From: Spirochaetaceae bacterium
GTDB taxonomy: Bacteria > Spirochaetota > Spirochaetia > DSM-2461
Assembly (NCBI GenBank): GCA_051531975.1
Contig: JAOPTT010000014.1
Span: 32,001-96,000 of the forward strand
Length of the DNA stretch: 64,000 nucleotides
Reading direction: 5' to 3'
The notes under the pieces were generated by a model. The model was given only the letters and a program-made list of their open reading frames with translations. It was not told where the DNA came from and searched no databases. The translations under genes and the position numbers were made by a program. This document shows positions 28,489 to 37,896 of this stretch, piece after piece; position 1 is the first letter of the stretch, and every line of letters starts with the position of its first letter.

Positions 28489-29289
28489 TCAACCTCCCTG
28501 GACAGAAACATTTTGCAGTTTCTTCTCTAAAATAGAGTCATTTATTAGTGTGATTATACCGATCCAAACAATTTGAACTAACATAGCAGAAATAGATTCC
28601 TGAAAAGAATAGTTCCCTGTAATAACCCTAGAAGGAGTATCCATTAAACCTACAAATGGGGTATAAAAAAATATCCTCTGTAGAAATTCAGGAAACAGTG
28701 GAATTGGAAGTATTAAACCACTAAAAAACATCATTATAATTGGGAATAAAGAACCTATACCTGTAGGAGACATTAGGTAGATAGTTAAAATATTTAGGAA
28801 GTTATTTAAGGCACCACCTAAAAGCCATGCTAACAATAGTGTAAAAAATCCTAGAATAATTGTCTGTAAGTTAAGTATTACCACAAACTTATAAGGTACT
28901 GGTAATAAAGAGGCAACGATTACGATGGGGATACCTCTCATAAGTGGCATTAGACCTCTTCTAGCCAAAGAACGCATAAGCCAGGCATAACTCAACCTTA
29001 TTGGTCTAACCATCTCGTAAGCGATAGATCCCTCTCTTATCATAGCTGAGGTTTCAGGATCTGGTCTCCAAGCCATTAAAGTTAAAAGAATTTGAGTCAT
29101 CCAAACATAGGTTACAACCTGCTCTAAAGATATTGGTTGTTGACTAGTTGATCCCTTGTAAAATGCGATCATTACAAAGATTCTCATGAATCCAAAAGCA
29201 AACTGAGTAAAAACACCTGCCCATGCTCCAGCTCTATACTGTAGAGTCATTAACCCCTGGGTTTTAAGTATTAAAAGATACGCCCTCAT
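28489..29289 (-). CDS. ABC-2 family permease (DUF990-like)
   Basis: IREGSIAYEMVRP, FSGLILPIPLFP and VQGG C-terminus. Confidence 0.88.
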   Translation of the reverse strand: MRAYLLILKTQGLMTLQYRAGAWAGVFTQFAFGFMRIFVMIAFYKGSTSQQPISLEQVVTYVWMTQILLTLMAWRPDPETSAMIREGSIAYEMVRPIRLSYAWLMRSLARRGLMPLMRGIPIVIVASLLPVPYKFVVILNLQTIILGFFTLLLAWLLGGALNNFLNILTIYLMSPTGIGSLFPIIMMFFSGLILPIPLFPEFLQRIFFYTPFVGLMDTPSRVITGNYSFQESISAMLVQIVWIGIITLINDSILEKKLQNVSVQGG

Positions 29290-30263
29290 GACCATTCACC
29301 ATATAGTCTTGCGATTATCTCCTCTATTGGTGGATTCTCTACTAGTAGATCTTTTATAGTTACATTGTCTGCTAGCCACTTAATTACATTTTGTGCAGGT
29401 ATTGTTTCAGGGTTAAACTCTAAAGTAATAACTCCCTTAGATTGGGATAAGATATCAACATGATCTAATGATGTTGTTATATACTCACCTTCATAATCTG
29501 CTATAATTCTTTTTTTATTATGTACCCTCTTTCTTAAATTTGATAAAGACCCATCAAATGCTAAAGTTCCATGGTCAATTACCATAACTCTAGAACATAA
29601 GGCCTCTATATCATCCATATCGTGGGTGGTTAAAATAACAGTTGTGCCGTGCTTCTGATTAAGTTCTTTAATAAATTCCCTTACTGTCTGTTTAGAAGTT
29701 GCATCTAAACCTATTGTTGGTTCGTCTAAAAATAGAATTTCTGGTAAGTGAAGAAGAGAAGCTACTAACTCGGCTCTCATTCTCTGCCCTAGGCTTAACT
29801 GCCTTACAGGTCTATTAATAAACTCATCAATTTTAAGACCTTTTACTAGCCACTCATACTGTTTATCATAAAGATCTTTTGGGATTTTATAGATAGCTTT
29901 TAGTAGTTCAAAGGAGTCATTCAGTGGAAGATCCCACCATAATTGTGATTTCTGACCAAATACAACACCTATTTTAGCTACGTATTGTCTCCTAGACTTA
30001 TGGGGAGTTAAACCACCTACAGTTATTTGACCCGAATCAGGAACTAAGATACCTGTTAACATTTTAATAGTTGTGGATTTACCTGCTCCATTTGGACCAA
30101 GATACCCTACTAATTCACCCTTTTTTATCTCGAAACTGAGATCTTTAATAGCTTGAACCTGGTTATAGGTTCTGTTAAAAAACTGTTTTACTGCTGCTTT
30201 AGCTCCAGGTTCACGTACCGGGACACTAAACTCTTTAACAAGATTAGATACTGAGATTTGCAT
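29286..30263 (-). CDS. ABC transporter ATP-binding protein
   Basis: GPNGAGKST, LSLGQRMR and LFLDEPTIGLD motifs. Confidence 0.95.
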   Translation of the reverse strand: MQISVSNLVKEFSVPVREPGAKAAVKQFFNRTYNQVQAIKDLSFEIKKGELVGYLGPNGAGKSTTIKMLTGILVPDSGQITVGGLTPHKSRRQYVAKIGVVFGQKSQLWWDLPLNDSFELLKAIYKIPKDLYDKQYEWLVKGLKIDEFINRPVRQLSLGQRMRAELVASLLHLPEILFLDEPTIGLDATSKQTVREFIKELNQKHGTTVILTTHDMDDIEALCSRVMVIDHGTLAFDGSLSNLRKRVHNKKRIIADYEGEYITTSLDHVDILSQSKGVITLEFNPETIPAQNVIKWLADNVTIKDLLVENPPIEEIIARLYGEWS

Positions 30264-30419
30264 ATTTTACCTATTGTAGTAACACTACGAAACGCTTCTT
30301 TATACAAAGTATAAAAGAATTAATTCTTGGCACTGTCCATTATAGAATTACCAAGGTCTTAATAAAAAATAGCATATTGTAATAATTTAAAATAGTAGAA
30401 TTTATAATTCTATACTAGT

Positions 30420-31037
30420 CTACTGCAGAGTTGCTCTGGCTAAACTCAGACCTAAAAGGACTAATACTCCACCAATGCTTCTTTCTATAATATGTTTAAC
30501 ATTAGTTATTCTATTTTTTAGCGAAACTGATGAGAAGACATAGGCTACTAGGGCAAACCAAATAAGGTGAGTTAATGACATAAACATTCCATAAAGAATT
30601 TTATAGATGAGTAGTGTCTCTGTATCAATTACTTGGGCAAATACTGAAACTATAAACAGAGTAGTTTTTGGGTTGAGAACATTGGTAAAAAAACCTAATT
30701 TGAATGCTTTTTTTGAACTAATACTATCTGAGATATTATCTTCAGTTTTTATGTCGACTTTTTTTGTAAGTATCATTTTGATACCCAGATATATTAAGTA
30801 AAGAGCTCCAATTACTTTTATTACATTAAATAGAATTATAGAGCTTGAAATAATAAGTCCAATGCCTAAAATCGAATAAGTAACATGTACAAGGACTCCT
30901 AAAGATATTCCTAATGATGTAAAAAAACCTATTTTTCTTGATATAGAGATGCTATTCCTTGTAACCATAGCAAAATCAGCACCTGGGCTAATAACCGCTA
31001 TAATTGTAATAGTGATAACTGCTAACATTTCATTCAT
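30420..31037 (-). CDS. LysE/RhtB family exporter
   Basis: ISPGADFAMV and TNVLNPKT motifs. Confidence 0.9.
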   Translation of the reverse strand: MNEMLAVITITIIAVISPGADFAMVTRNSISISRKIGFFTSLGISLGVLVHVTYSILGIGLIISSSIILFNVIKVIGALYLIYLGIKMILTKKVDIKTEDNISDSISSKKAFKLGFFTNVLNPKTTLFIVSVFAQVIDTETLLIYKILYGMFMSLTHLIWFALVAYVFSSVSLKNRITNVKHIIERSIGGVLVLLGLSLARATLQ

Positions 31038-31112
31038 TGTTAAATATCCTAAATAATTTTATCTGATATTAACTTGTTGGGGAATGTTTAACAATAAAAC
31101 CTTCCAATATTA

Positions 31113-31910
31113 TTAATCTTTTTTTACCATTAATTGTTTTTTATTAAAAATGATTAAAATGACAGCTAAAATCAGATAAAAAACTGATATGTATATAAGT
31201 AGAGGAAGAAGATCAATTATCACAATTTTCAGTAAAAAATTAAACCAGAAATGCATCCACATTGCTATCAGAATATTGTTACTTTTATTGTAATATAAAG
31301 TTATTACAACTGAAAATGAAACTACTGCCACCATGAATGCAATAATATAATACAACAATTCTAAACCAAAATACCCGGATAAAATCATTAACGGAAGATG
31401 CCACAAACCCCATATCACACCAACTATTAAGCCCGCTTTAAGTGGAATATATTTCTTCTGCAGAATATTTAACGCATATCCCCGCCATCCTAGTTCTTCA
31501 CCTAACGCTCCGCTTGTTAAATTCATGATAATTGCTGGAATAATAGCTGAAGAAGCAATAAAGGTTATTGAATCCAATGGTTTTTTGTTAATTACAAAAA
31601 AAGTTATTACGGCTAATACAATTACTAAAACTTGCAATAAAAATGATGATATAAACTGCCCTGGGTCTACTTTCTTCGTAAATTGAACCTTCAAATACTC
31701 TTTAAATGTGGTATTTGGGTATAGTTTTTTGAACATTATAAGGATAATAAATGTAGGAGTCCACGCACAGATATTTTTCATTATATTCTGGAATAACAGT
31801 GGTACATCCAAGGAGATAAGATACCCAGTCAAACCAAGTAATAACCAAAACATTACATAAGAAAGAATGAAGAATTTTTTCAAATACCTAACATCTTTTT
31901 TTTCTATCAT
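31113..31910 (-). CDS. CPBP (CAAX/Abi) intramembrane metalloprotease
   Basis: GEELGWRGY, WGLWHLP and MHFWFN motifs. Confidence 0.92.
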   Translation of the reverse strand: MIEKKDVRYLKKFFILSYVMFWLLLGLTGYLISLDVPLLFQNIMKNICAWTPTFIILIMFKKLYPNTTFKEYLKVQFTKKVDPGQFISSFLLQVLVIVLAVITFFVINKKPLDSITFIASSAIIPAIIMNLTSGALGEELGWRGYALNILQKKYIPLKAGLIVGVIWGLWHLPLMILSGYFGLELLYYIIAFMVAVVSFSVVITLYYNKSNNILIAMWMHFWFNFLLKIVIIDLLPLLIYISVFYLILAVILIIFNKKQLMVKKD

Positions 31911-32037
31911 AAAACACTCCTTTTCAGCTATTTTATTCCAACTAAGGCTTTTATTTTTTTATAGTTCAACTACAGCTAAAAGTCAATTTATTAAAAATGT
32001 GTTGATTTTTTTAGAGATTTCTATAAATCTAAAATCT

Positions 32038-32925
32038 ATGAAAAAAAATATAAAATTAGTTGAACCAATTCCTGCAGCATCACTTAATAGATTATACATT
32101 CCAAAATTAGAAAAAAATGGATTAGAGCTGTTATCTTCTAAAGCTGTAAAGATCATAAAAGAACAAGAACCCCAAGGCTGGACAAACATATTCTCAGAGC
32201 GCCTAGCTATCCTTTTAGAAACTCTATGGCATGGTACCGGGTGGCAAGATAAAAAATACAGTTCTGAGATCTTAGATATAAGAGAATTCTGGTCTAACAC
32301 AGTCGAAATAATGGTTGGTGGTGGTATATTAACTGGAGATGATGGAATTACAATTGTTAATAAAACAAATGTATTATTGAAAAACATAACTAATAAAAAA
32401 CTTACCATAGCACCCTCTTCCCATAATATGGTTATAGATGGTCTGTTATCTAAAAACAGTGCAAATACCCTAGCTATAGACTTTGGTCATACATCTGTTA
32501 AATCAGCTTTTATTGATGGAAGTTTAAAAAGAACTATTTTAAAACCGGTAGTTATGAACCTAGATGGTCAAAATGAAAAATGTGATGAAGCTTATTTAGA
32601 ATCACTACTATTAAAAGTAAAAACAGCTCTAAAAGAGATATTAAACGGGCTTAATGGTAATAAAGTTACATTGTTAAATATTAGTATTGCTGCTTATTTA
32701 GAAAACAATCAATTTGCCCAGAATAAAAAAGGTGGTTATTGCCAACTGCGACTTCTAAATACTAATGCTTTAAGTCTTTTTACTAATCTATGGAATGAGA
32801 TTTATGATGATAAAACCCAAATACAAATATACCATGATGGTAATGCCGCTGCTAAAATATTAGAAACTAGTCCAGGGGCAATTATAGTATTTGGAACCTC
32901 TATAGGTTATGGATTTAAGAATTAA
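32038..32925 (+). CDS. ROK/ASKHA-fold protein with permuted motif order
   Basis: IMVGGGIL precedes LAIDFGHTSVK, YHDGNAAA and FGTSIGYG; start ATG at 32038. Confidence 0.6.
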   Translation: MKKNIKLVEPIPAASLNRLYIPKLEKNGLELLSSKAVKIIKEQEPQGWTNIFSERLAILLETLWHGTGWQDKKYSSEILDIREFWSNTVEIMVGGGILTGDDGITIVNKTNVLLKNITNKKLTIAPSSHNMVIDGLLSKNSANTLAIDFGHTSVKSAFIDGSLKRTILKPVVMNLDGQNEKCDEAYLESLLLKVKTALKEILNGLNGNKVTLLNISIAAYLENNQFAQNKKGGYCQLRLLNTNALSLFTNLWNEIYDDKTQIQIYHDGNAAAKILETSPGAIIVFGTSIGYGFKN

Positions 32926-32969
32926 TATCCATTAATTTACAATATTTATCATTTCGGCATATTCTCAAC

Positions 32970-32999
32970 TTGACAATACTGTGCATCACACACTATTAT
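32970..32999 (+). promoter_or_regulatory. sigma70-like promoter of padR (TTGACA-N18-TATTAT)
   Basis: Consensus -35 and near-consensus -10. The spacer contains GTG...CAC symmetry that may be a PadR operator. Confidence 0.55.
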
Positions 33000-33016
33000 T
33001 AAATCAAGAGGTAGAT

Positions 33017-33358
33017 ATGGACGAAGACAATAAAATCTTTAACAACCTACAACAGGAGTTAAAAAGAGGAACACTGGTTCTCTCTGTCCTGCTAAACTCA
33101 TCTGAACCATGTTATGGATATACATTAGTAACCAGTTTAAATGATTCAGGTATTGCGATAGAGCAAAATACACTCTATCCACTACTTAGAAGATTGGAAA
33201 AACAGGAACTATTAGAGAGTTTATGGGACACTACAGAATCAAGACCTAGAAAGTATTATCAGATAAGTAAACTTGGAATTGAAGTAAGAGATAAACTTTA
33301 TGAAGAGTGGGTTAAAACAAATAAAGTTATAGAAAAAATGGCAATTAAGGAGAATTAA
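33017..33358 (+). CDS. PadR family regulator
   Basis: QELKRGTL, TLYPLLRRLE and RPRKYY motifs; GAGG RBS before ATG 33017. Confidence 0.92.
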   Translation: MDEDNKIFNNLQQELKRGTLVLSVLLNSSEPCYGYTLVTSLNDSGIAIEQNTLYPLLRRLEKQELLESLWDTTESRPRKYYQISKLGIEVRDKLYEEWVKTNKVIEKMAIKEN

Positions 33359-33359
33359 A

Positions 33360-34343
33360 ATGGAGATGATAGACAAATATATCTATGCAATTGGACAAAA
33401 GTTACCACTTAAAAGTAGGGCCGAGATAAAAAAAGAGCTAACATCTCTTATTTTAGATGAAATTGAGGGTAAGTATGGAGAAAATCCTACTGTAGCTCAA
33501 CAAGAAGAAGCTATTATATCCTTTGGTACACCAAATAAAGTAGCAAAAAGATATTCTGGGGCAACACTTGTAATTGGAGAGGGTTTTACAGACCTATATT
33601 TCATGATTTGCAAAATAATGGTTGGAGCAATGTCTATAGCCTTTGTTACAGTATTCATTGTTAGTCTTTTTACAGAAAACATAGCTGGGCTGGACATATT
33701 AAAAGGTTTTCTAAAAGTTCCTTTTAGAGTGTTACAGGCTTCTTTTAGTGGAATAGGAGTAGTAACATTAATTTTTATAGTTATATCAAAGTTAATGAAA
33801 AACGGAGAAGTTGATCTAGAAGATGACTGGGGTGTAAAAGAGCTAGAATCTATAGAGTTAACTGAAAAAGTGGAATCTAAAATAGAAGCAATAGTATCTA
33901 TTATATTCTTATCAGTATTTATTGCCCTTATTAACATTTACCCTGAGTTTATTACATTTTTGGAAGATAGCTATGAAAAGAGTGGATTAGTTCTTGGTAA
34001 TAGAGTCGATATGAATGTATTCTCTAGTTATATAATAGTCTTTTCAATTTTAGGAATACTTCAGATTATCAACCAGGTTTTAATACTAAAAAAAGAGATG
34101 AAAACAAGAGCCATATATATTTTTGAAACTTTTATATCCTTATTTGATCTTCTGTTTACTATTGCAATACTAAAAATTGGTACACTATTTATATACAATG
34201 GAATCGACCAAGGAATATTTACAACATCAACTATTGGTTTTAAAATCTTTTTGATTATAGGATTAATAACTGGATCTTTTGAACTTATAGGGAAGGTTGT
34301 AAACTATATAAAAATGGAATTTAATAACCGAAACAAAATATAA
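33360..34343 (+). CDS. PadR-associated membrane protein
   Basis: IDKYIYAIGQKLP...FGTP..VA..Y N-terminal domain followed by TM helices. Confidence 0.75.
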   Translation: MEMIDKYIYAIGQKLPLKSRAEIKKELTSLILDEIEGKYGENPTVAQQEEAIISFGTPNKVAKRYSGATLVIGEGFTDLYFMICKIMVGAMSIAFVTVFIVSLFTENIAGLDILKGFLKVPFRVLQASFSGIGVVTLIFIVISKLMKNGEVDLEDDWGVKELESIELTEKVESKIEAIVSIIFLSVFIALINIYPEFITFLEDSYEKSGLVLGNRVDMNVFSSYIIVFSILGILQIINQVLILKKEMKTRAIYIFETFISLFDLLFTIAILKIGTLFIYNGIDQGIFTTSTIGFKIFLIIGLITGSFELIGKVVNYIKMEFNNRNKI

Positions 34344-34359
34344 TAATAGGCATATTTTA

Positions 34360-34391
34360 AAAGAGGCTTTTAATATAATAAAAGCCTCTTT
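34360..34391. terminator. bidirectional intrinsic terminator
   Basis: AAAGAGGCTTTTA-loop-TAAAAGCCTCTTT between convergent genes. Confidence 0.8.
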
Positions 34392-34395
34392 CTTT

Positions 34396-35124
34396 CTAAA
34401 AAAACAATAATTTAACAGACATTAAACCTATTGTAATTGCTAAACCAATCTTAACTATTATTTCACCTTTTTTTAACGCAAGTTTTACAGTCAACCAAGA
34501 GCCTAAAGCGTTACCTGCAGACAAAACCAAAGCGTATAACCAGTTAATTTTCCCTGAGAAAATAAATACAACGATAACTGGGATGGTATATATAAATACT
34601 ATAAAAACCCTATGCATACTCATTTTTAATAGGTCCATACTACTTAAGTGTCTTAGACTTGCAGCAATTATTAATCCAACACCTACTTGTACAAAACCAC
34701 CATATAGACCTACAAAAACCATAGCTGGGTATATTAGTTTCCCATTAAGTATGTTTGTAGTTTTATCTATCTTTTTTTTAGGTATAAACATAGAGATAAC
34801 AATGAAAATCATGACCATGGTTAAAATAAGTTCAAACATATCATTTTTTATTCTAACAGAGATTAAACTACCTAAAATTGCACCTGGAAGTGCACATAAA
34901 CCAAGCTTTAAACTTTGCTTAATATCCGTAAAGTTTTCACTTCTAAAAGCTGCAGCCCCGGAACCACAGGAGATAAGTACTCCTACCCTATTTGTTGCAT
35001 TAGCAACAGCAGGTTCAATCCCCATTAACATCATGTATCCTAGGATTATTGTGGATCCGCCACCTGCTAACATATTCACAAAACTTGCTACAATTCCTAA
35101 TAAAAATAGAACTACAAAAAACAT
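34396..35124 (-). CDS. TauE/SafE (TSUP) family transporter
   Basis: NMLAGGGS, ANATNR and YGGFVQVGVG motifs. Confidence 0.9.
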   Translation of the reverse strand: MFFVVLFLLGIVASFVNMLAGGGSTIILGYMMLMGIEPAVANATNRVGVLISCGSGAAAFRSENFTDIKQSLKLGLCALPGAILGSLISVRIKNDMFELILTMVMIFIVISMFIPKKKIDKTTNILNGKLIYPAMVFVGLYGGFVQVGVGLIIAASLRHLSSMDLLKMSMHRVFIVFIYTIPVIVVFIFSGKINWLYALVLSAGNALGSWLTVKLALKKGEIIVKIGLAITIGLMSVKLLFF

Positions 35125-35137
35125 AAATACTCCTTAC

Positions 35138-35158
35138 AGTATATAGTTGCTATACACT
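35138..35158. promoter_or_regulatory. candidate MarR operator (AGTATATAG-N3-CTATACACT)
   Basis: Palindrome upstream of tauE; a related copy lies at 35628-35648. Confidence 0.6.
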
Positions 35159-35168
35159 TATATAAAAA

Positions 35169-35621
35169 CTAACTTCTATTATCCAATAAAAATTCATATC
35201 TACTTAGGAAATCTTTAATTACAAAAAGTGCTGATGGTTCCAATTTAGATAGATAATCACTAAAGCCACCATCCATCTCCTGGTGCCACTTTTCATGGGT
35301 TTTTAAGATCTTTTTACCCAACGTTGTTAGATACAAAAGTGACCTAGATGCATTAACTGGATCTGGATACTTCTTAACAAGGCCTCTCTTTTCCAGCTTT
35401 TTAAATGTCTGACTAACAGCTCCTTTTGTAATTCCCATAATTTCAGCAATACGAGTCATACTTTGTCCCTCTGATACTCCTAATACTTCAACAAGATACA
35501 TCTCGGAGTTATACATTTTAATGCCAGTACCAAATTCGTGGGGTCTTTTATCCAGTTCAGATTTTTTATTTGCAATATTTTTTAGCTGGTTTAGTAGTTT
35601 ATTCACATCAATTTCAGTCAT
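35169..35621 (-). CDS. MarR family regulator
   Basis: IAEIMGITKGAVSQTFKKLEKRGLV and LTTLG motifs. Confidence 0.9.
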   Translation of the reverse strand: MTEIDVNKLLNQLKNIANKKSELDKRPHEFGTGIKMYNSEMYLVEVLGVSEGQSMTRIAEIMGITKGAVSQTFKKLEKRGLVKKYPDPVNASRSLLYLTTLGKKILKTHEKWHQEMDGGFSDYLSKLEPSALFVIKDFLSRYEFLLDNRS

Positions 35622-35627
35622 AAACAA

Positions 35628-35648
35628 AGCGTATAGTACATATACACT
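35628..35648. promoter_or_regulatory. candidate MarR operator (AGCGTATAG-N3-ATATACACT)
   Basis: Second copy of the palindrome, just upstream of marR. Confidence 0.6.
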
Positions 35649-35699
35649 ACTGTCAATAACCTTTTTTTATGCTATTATATTATAAATAGAGGTTATTTA

Positions 35700-36377
35700 A
35701 TGGATAAAAGAGATTTACTAGCAGTTGCACAATCCCCAATTTTTAAAGGTATTGAGATTACAGATTTACATAAAATATTAGAACTACATCACCCCTCTAT
35801 TAAACGCTTTACTAAAGGTCAAACTGTTTTAATTCAGGATCAGTTTTTAGATAAACTTATAATAGTTATAGATGGCAGACTAAAGGCACAAATGGCATCT
35901 GATGATGGAAAGATAATAAATATGGAAGAATTTGGTAAGTATATGCCTATAGCTATTCCAGTTCTTTTTTCTGAGGAGAAACTATTACCAGTATCACTAT
36001 ATGCAATAGAACCTTCTGAGGTGTTTTTTCTTTCTAAGGAAATGTTAATAAAATGCTGTATGGAAAACCAGAGAATACTTGAAAATACAATGGGAGTTAT
36101 GTCTGGAAAAGTTTCATTTTTATCTAAGAAGATTAAATTTTTACAACTGAATACTATAAAACAAAAAATTGCGGAAACTCTATTAAAGTTATCAAAAAGT
36201 ACTAACTCTCTTACTTTTAAACTTAATCTAACTAAAGAAGATTTGGCTAAAGAGATGGGAGTCACAAGACCAAGCCTCTCCAGAGAGTTTGCTAGTCTTG
36301 TGCAGGGGGGTATTATAACCCAGGATAAAGATAATATTACAATCCTAGATCCTGAGAATTTAAAAAACTACAAATAA
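35700..36377 (+). CDS. Crp/Fnr family regulator (HcpR-like)
   Basis: cNMP-binding-like domain and HTH LAKEMGVTRPSLSRE; lies near hcp. Confidence 0.85.
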   Translation: MDKRDLLAVAQSPIFKGIEITDLHKILELHHPSIKRFTKGQTVLIQDQFLDKLIIVIDGRLKAQMASDDGKIINMEEFGKYMPIAIPVLFSEEKLLPVSLYAIEPSEVFFLSKEMLIKCCMENQRILENTMGVMSGKVSFLSKKIKFLQLNTIKQKIAETLLKLSKSTNSLTFKLNLTKEDLAKEMGVTRPSLSREFASLVQGGIITQDKDNITILDPENLKNYK

Positions 36378-36740
36378 TTATAGACCTAATACTTCTTTCA
36401 TAGTTTGTACTAGTTGTGGTTTTGGTGGAGCACCTGCAGATAGTTGGGGTTTACCTTCCATTGGAACAAACAGTAGTGTAGGTATACTTTGGATACCAAA
36501 CATTGCAGCAAGATCTTGCTGAGCTTCTGTATCTACTTTATATATATAACATTTTCCATCGTACTCTTTTGCTAACTCTTCTAAAACAGGAGCTATTCTT
36601 TTACAAGGACCACACCAATCTGCATAAAAATCTATTAGACAAGGTAGATCACCTTTATATTTCCATTCTGCATTTGGCTCTCCGTCTATACCACATGCAC
36701 AAACTTTCTCTTTAAAACTTTCAAGTGTTAAATGCTCCAT
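36378..36740 (-). CDS. trxA: thioredoxin
   Basis: DFYADWCGPCK and IQSIPT motifs. Confidence 0.9.
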   Translation of the reverse strand: MEHLTLESFKEKVCACGIDGEPNAEWKYKGDLPCLIDFYADWCGPCKRIAPVLEELAKEYDGKCYIYKVDTEAQQDLAAMFGIQSIPTLLFVPMEGKPQLSAGAPPKPQLVQTMKEVLGL

Positions 36741-36898
36741 TTATATCTCCTTCTTATATTATTAATTAAATATTGATAACTGTATATATAAATATAACAA
36801 TATAGTTTTAATATGGCAACTATATTGTTAATTATTAGGCAAAATAGTCACGAAATCAAACATAAAATATTTATTGGATGTAGATATAAACAAAGCTA

Positions 36899-37798
36899 TT
36901 AAATCTCTTTGCAGAATGTCCAAGCTATAAGTCTACTAATCTTACTACCTTGGCTCATCTCTTTAATTTTAACTCTAGTTGCGCCTTGTTTTCTAATATA
37001 GTGTCGTAATGGTCGTACATTTTCATTTTTTGATACTAATGACGTAAACCATGTAACCTGATCTTTAAACTTAGCACTCTCTTTTATTAATTTTTTAAGA
37101 AAGAACATCTCACCACCTGGGCACCACAACTCCGCTTTTTGACCACCAAAGTTAAGGTTATCTGGAGATTGCACAGTTCTATGCCTGTTTAAATTGGCAA
37201 TCTTTTTTCTATTACTTTCAATAGCTTCTCTCTCAGATGCATGAAATGGAGGGTTACAAACTGTAAGATCAAAATAGTCCCCCTCTTTTATTATTCCAGT
37301 AAAAATGACACTTCTATTCTCTTGTAGAACTATCTCTACTTTATCTTTTAAGTTTTGGTTAGATTCAACAATCTTTTTAGCATTGGCTATAGAATTTTTA
37401 TCAATATCAGTAGCAACAAAGTCCCAATTGTAACTTTGACTTCCAATAATTGGATAAATACAGTTAGCACCTGTTCCTATATCTAAAACCTTTAAGTCTC
37501 TTTTCCCATCCCTAAAAAGGTCAGCGGCATAATGTATGTAGTCTGCTCTTCCTGGTATAGGTGGGCATAAAAATCCCTGTGGGATCTCCCAATAATCTAT
37601 ATTATAGAAGTGTTTTAATAGTGCTTTATTAAGTAATAAAACAGCTTTACTATCACTAAAATCTATAGTGTCATCCCCTGCAGGGTTAGGTTTAATGTAC
37701 TCTTTAAGATCTGGAGAGGCTATTAAAAGTTCTGTGAAGTTATACCGACCTTCATGTGGATTATTATGATGTAGTACTGATTTGCTTTTATTATTCAT
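36899..37798 (-). CDS. rlmF: 23S rRNA m6A1618 methyltransferase RlmF
   Basis: LCPPIPGRADYIH, LDIGTGANCIYP, CNPPFH and ELWCPGGE motifs. Confidence 0.93.
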   Translation of the reverse strand: MNNKSKSVLHHNNPHEGRYNFTELLIASPDLKEYIKPNPAGDDTIDFSDSKAVLLLNKALLKHFYNIDYWEIPQGFLCPPIPGRADYIHYAADLFRDGKRDLKVLDIGTGANCIYPIIGSQSYNWDFVATDIDKNSIANAKKIVESNQNLKDKVEIVLQENRSVIFTGIIKEGDYFDLTVCNPPFHASEREAIESNRKKIANLNRHRTVQSPDNLNFGGQKAELWCPGGEMFFLKKLIKESAKFKDQVTWFTSLVSKNENVRPLRHYIRKQGATRVKIKEMSQGSKISRLIAWTFCKEI

Positions 37799-37837
37799 TT
37801 TAAACTCTCCTAGGTAAGAAGATACATTATAACATAA

Positions 37838-37868
37838 AATAAGCCCATAGTTTCCTATGAGCTTATTA
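37838..37868 (-). terminator. intrinsic terminator after hcp
   Basis: AATAAGCCCATAG...CTATGAGCTTATT hairpin followed by a T-run on the minus strand. Confidence 0.65.
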
Positions 37869-37896
37869 TATTAAAAACTGATATTAAAACCGTTTA

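Noticed and set aside
30274..30320. Short palindromes upstream of the ABC-2 ATPase gene as a riboswitch or attenuator
   Set aside because: The stems are short and AT-rich, and there is no recognisable aptamer or leader peptide.
31113..31910. Abi-family protein as a phage abortive-infection gene
   Set aside because: It is a CPBP/CAAX protease with intact motifs; the family name does not imply defence, and there is no defence context.
36811..36832. Possible second HcpR box upstream of trxA (GGCAACTATATTGTTA)
   Set aside because: Too degenerate relative to TGTAAC-N4-GTTACA to support.
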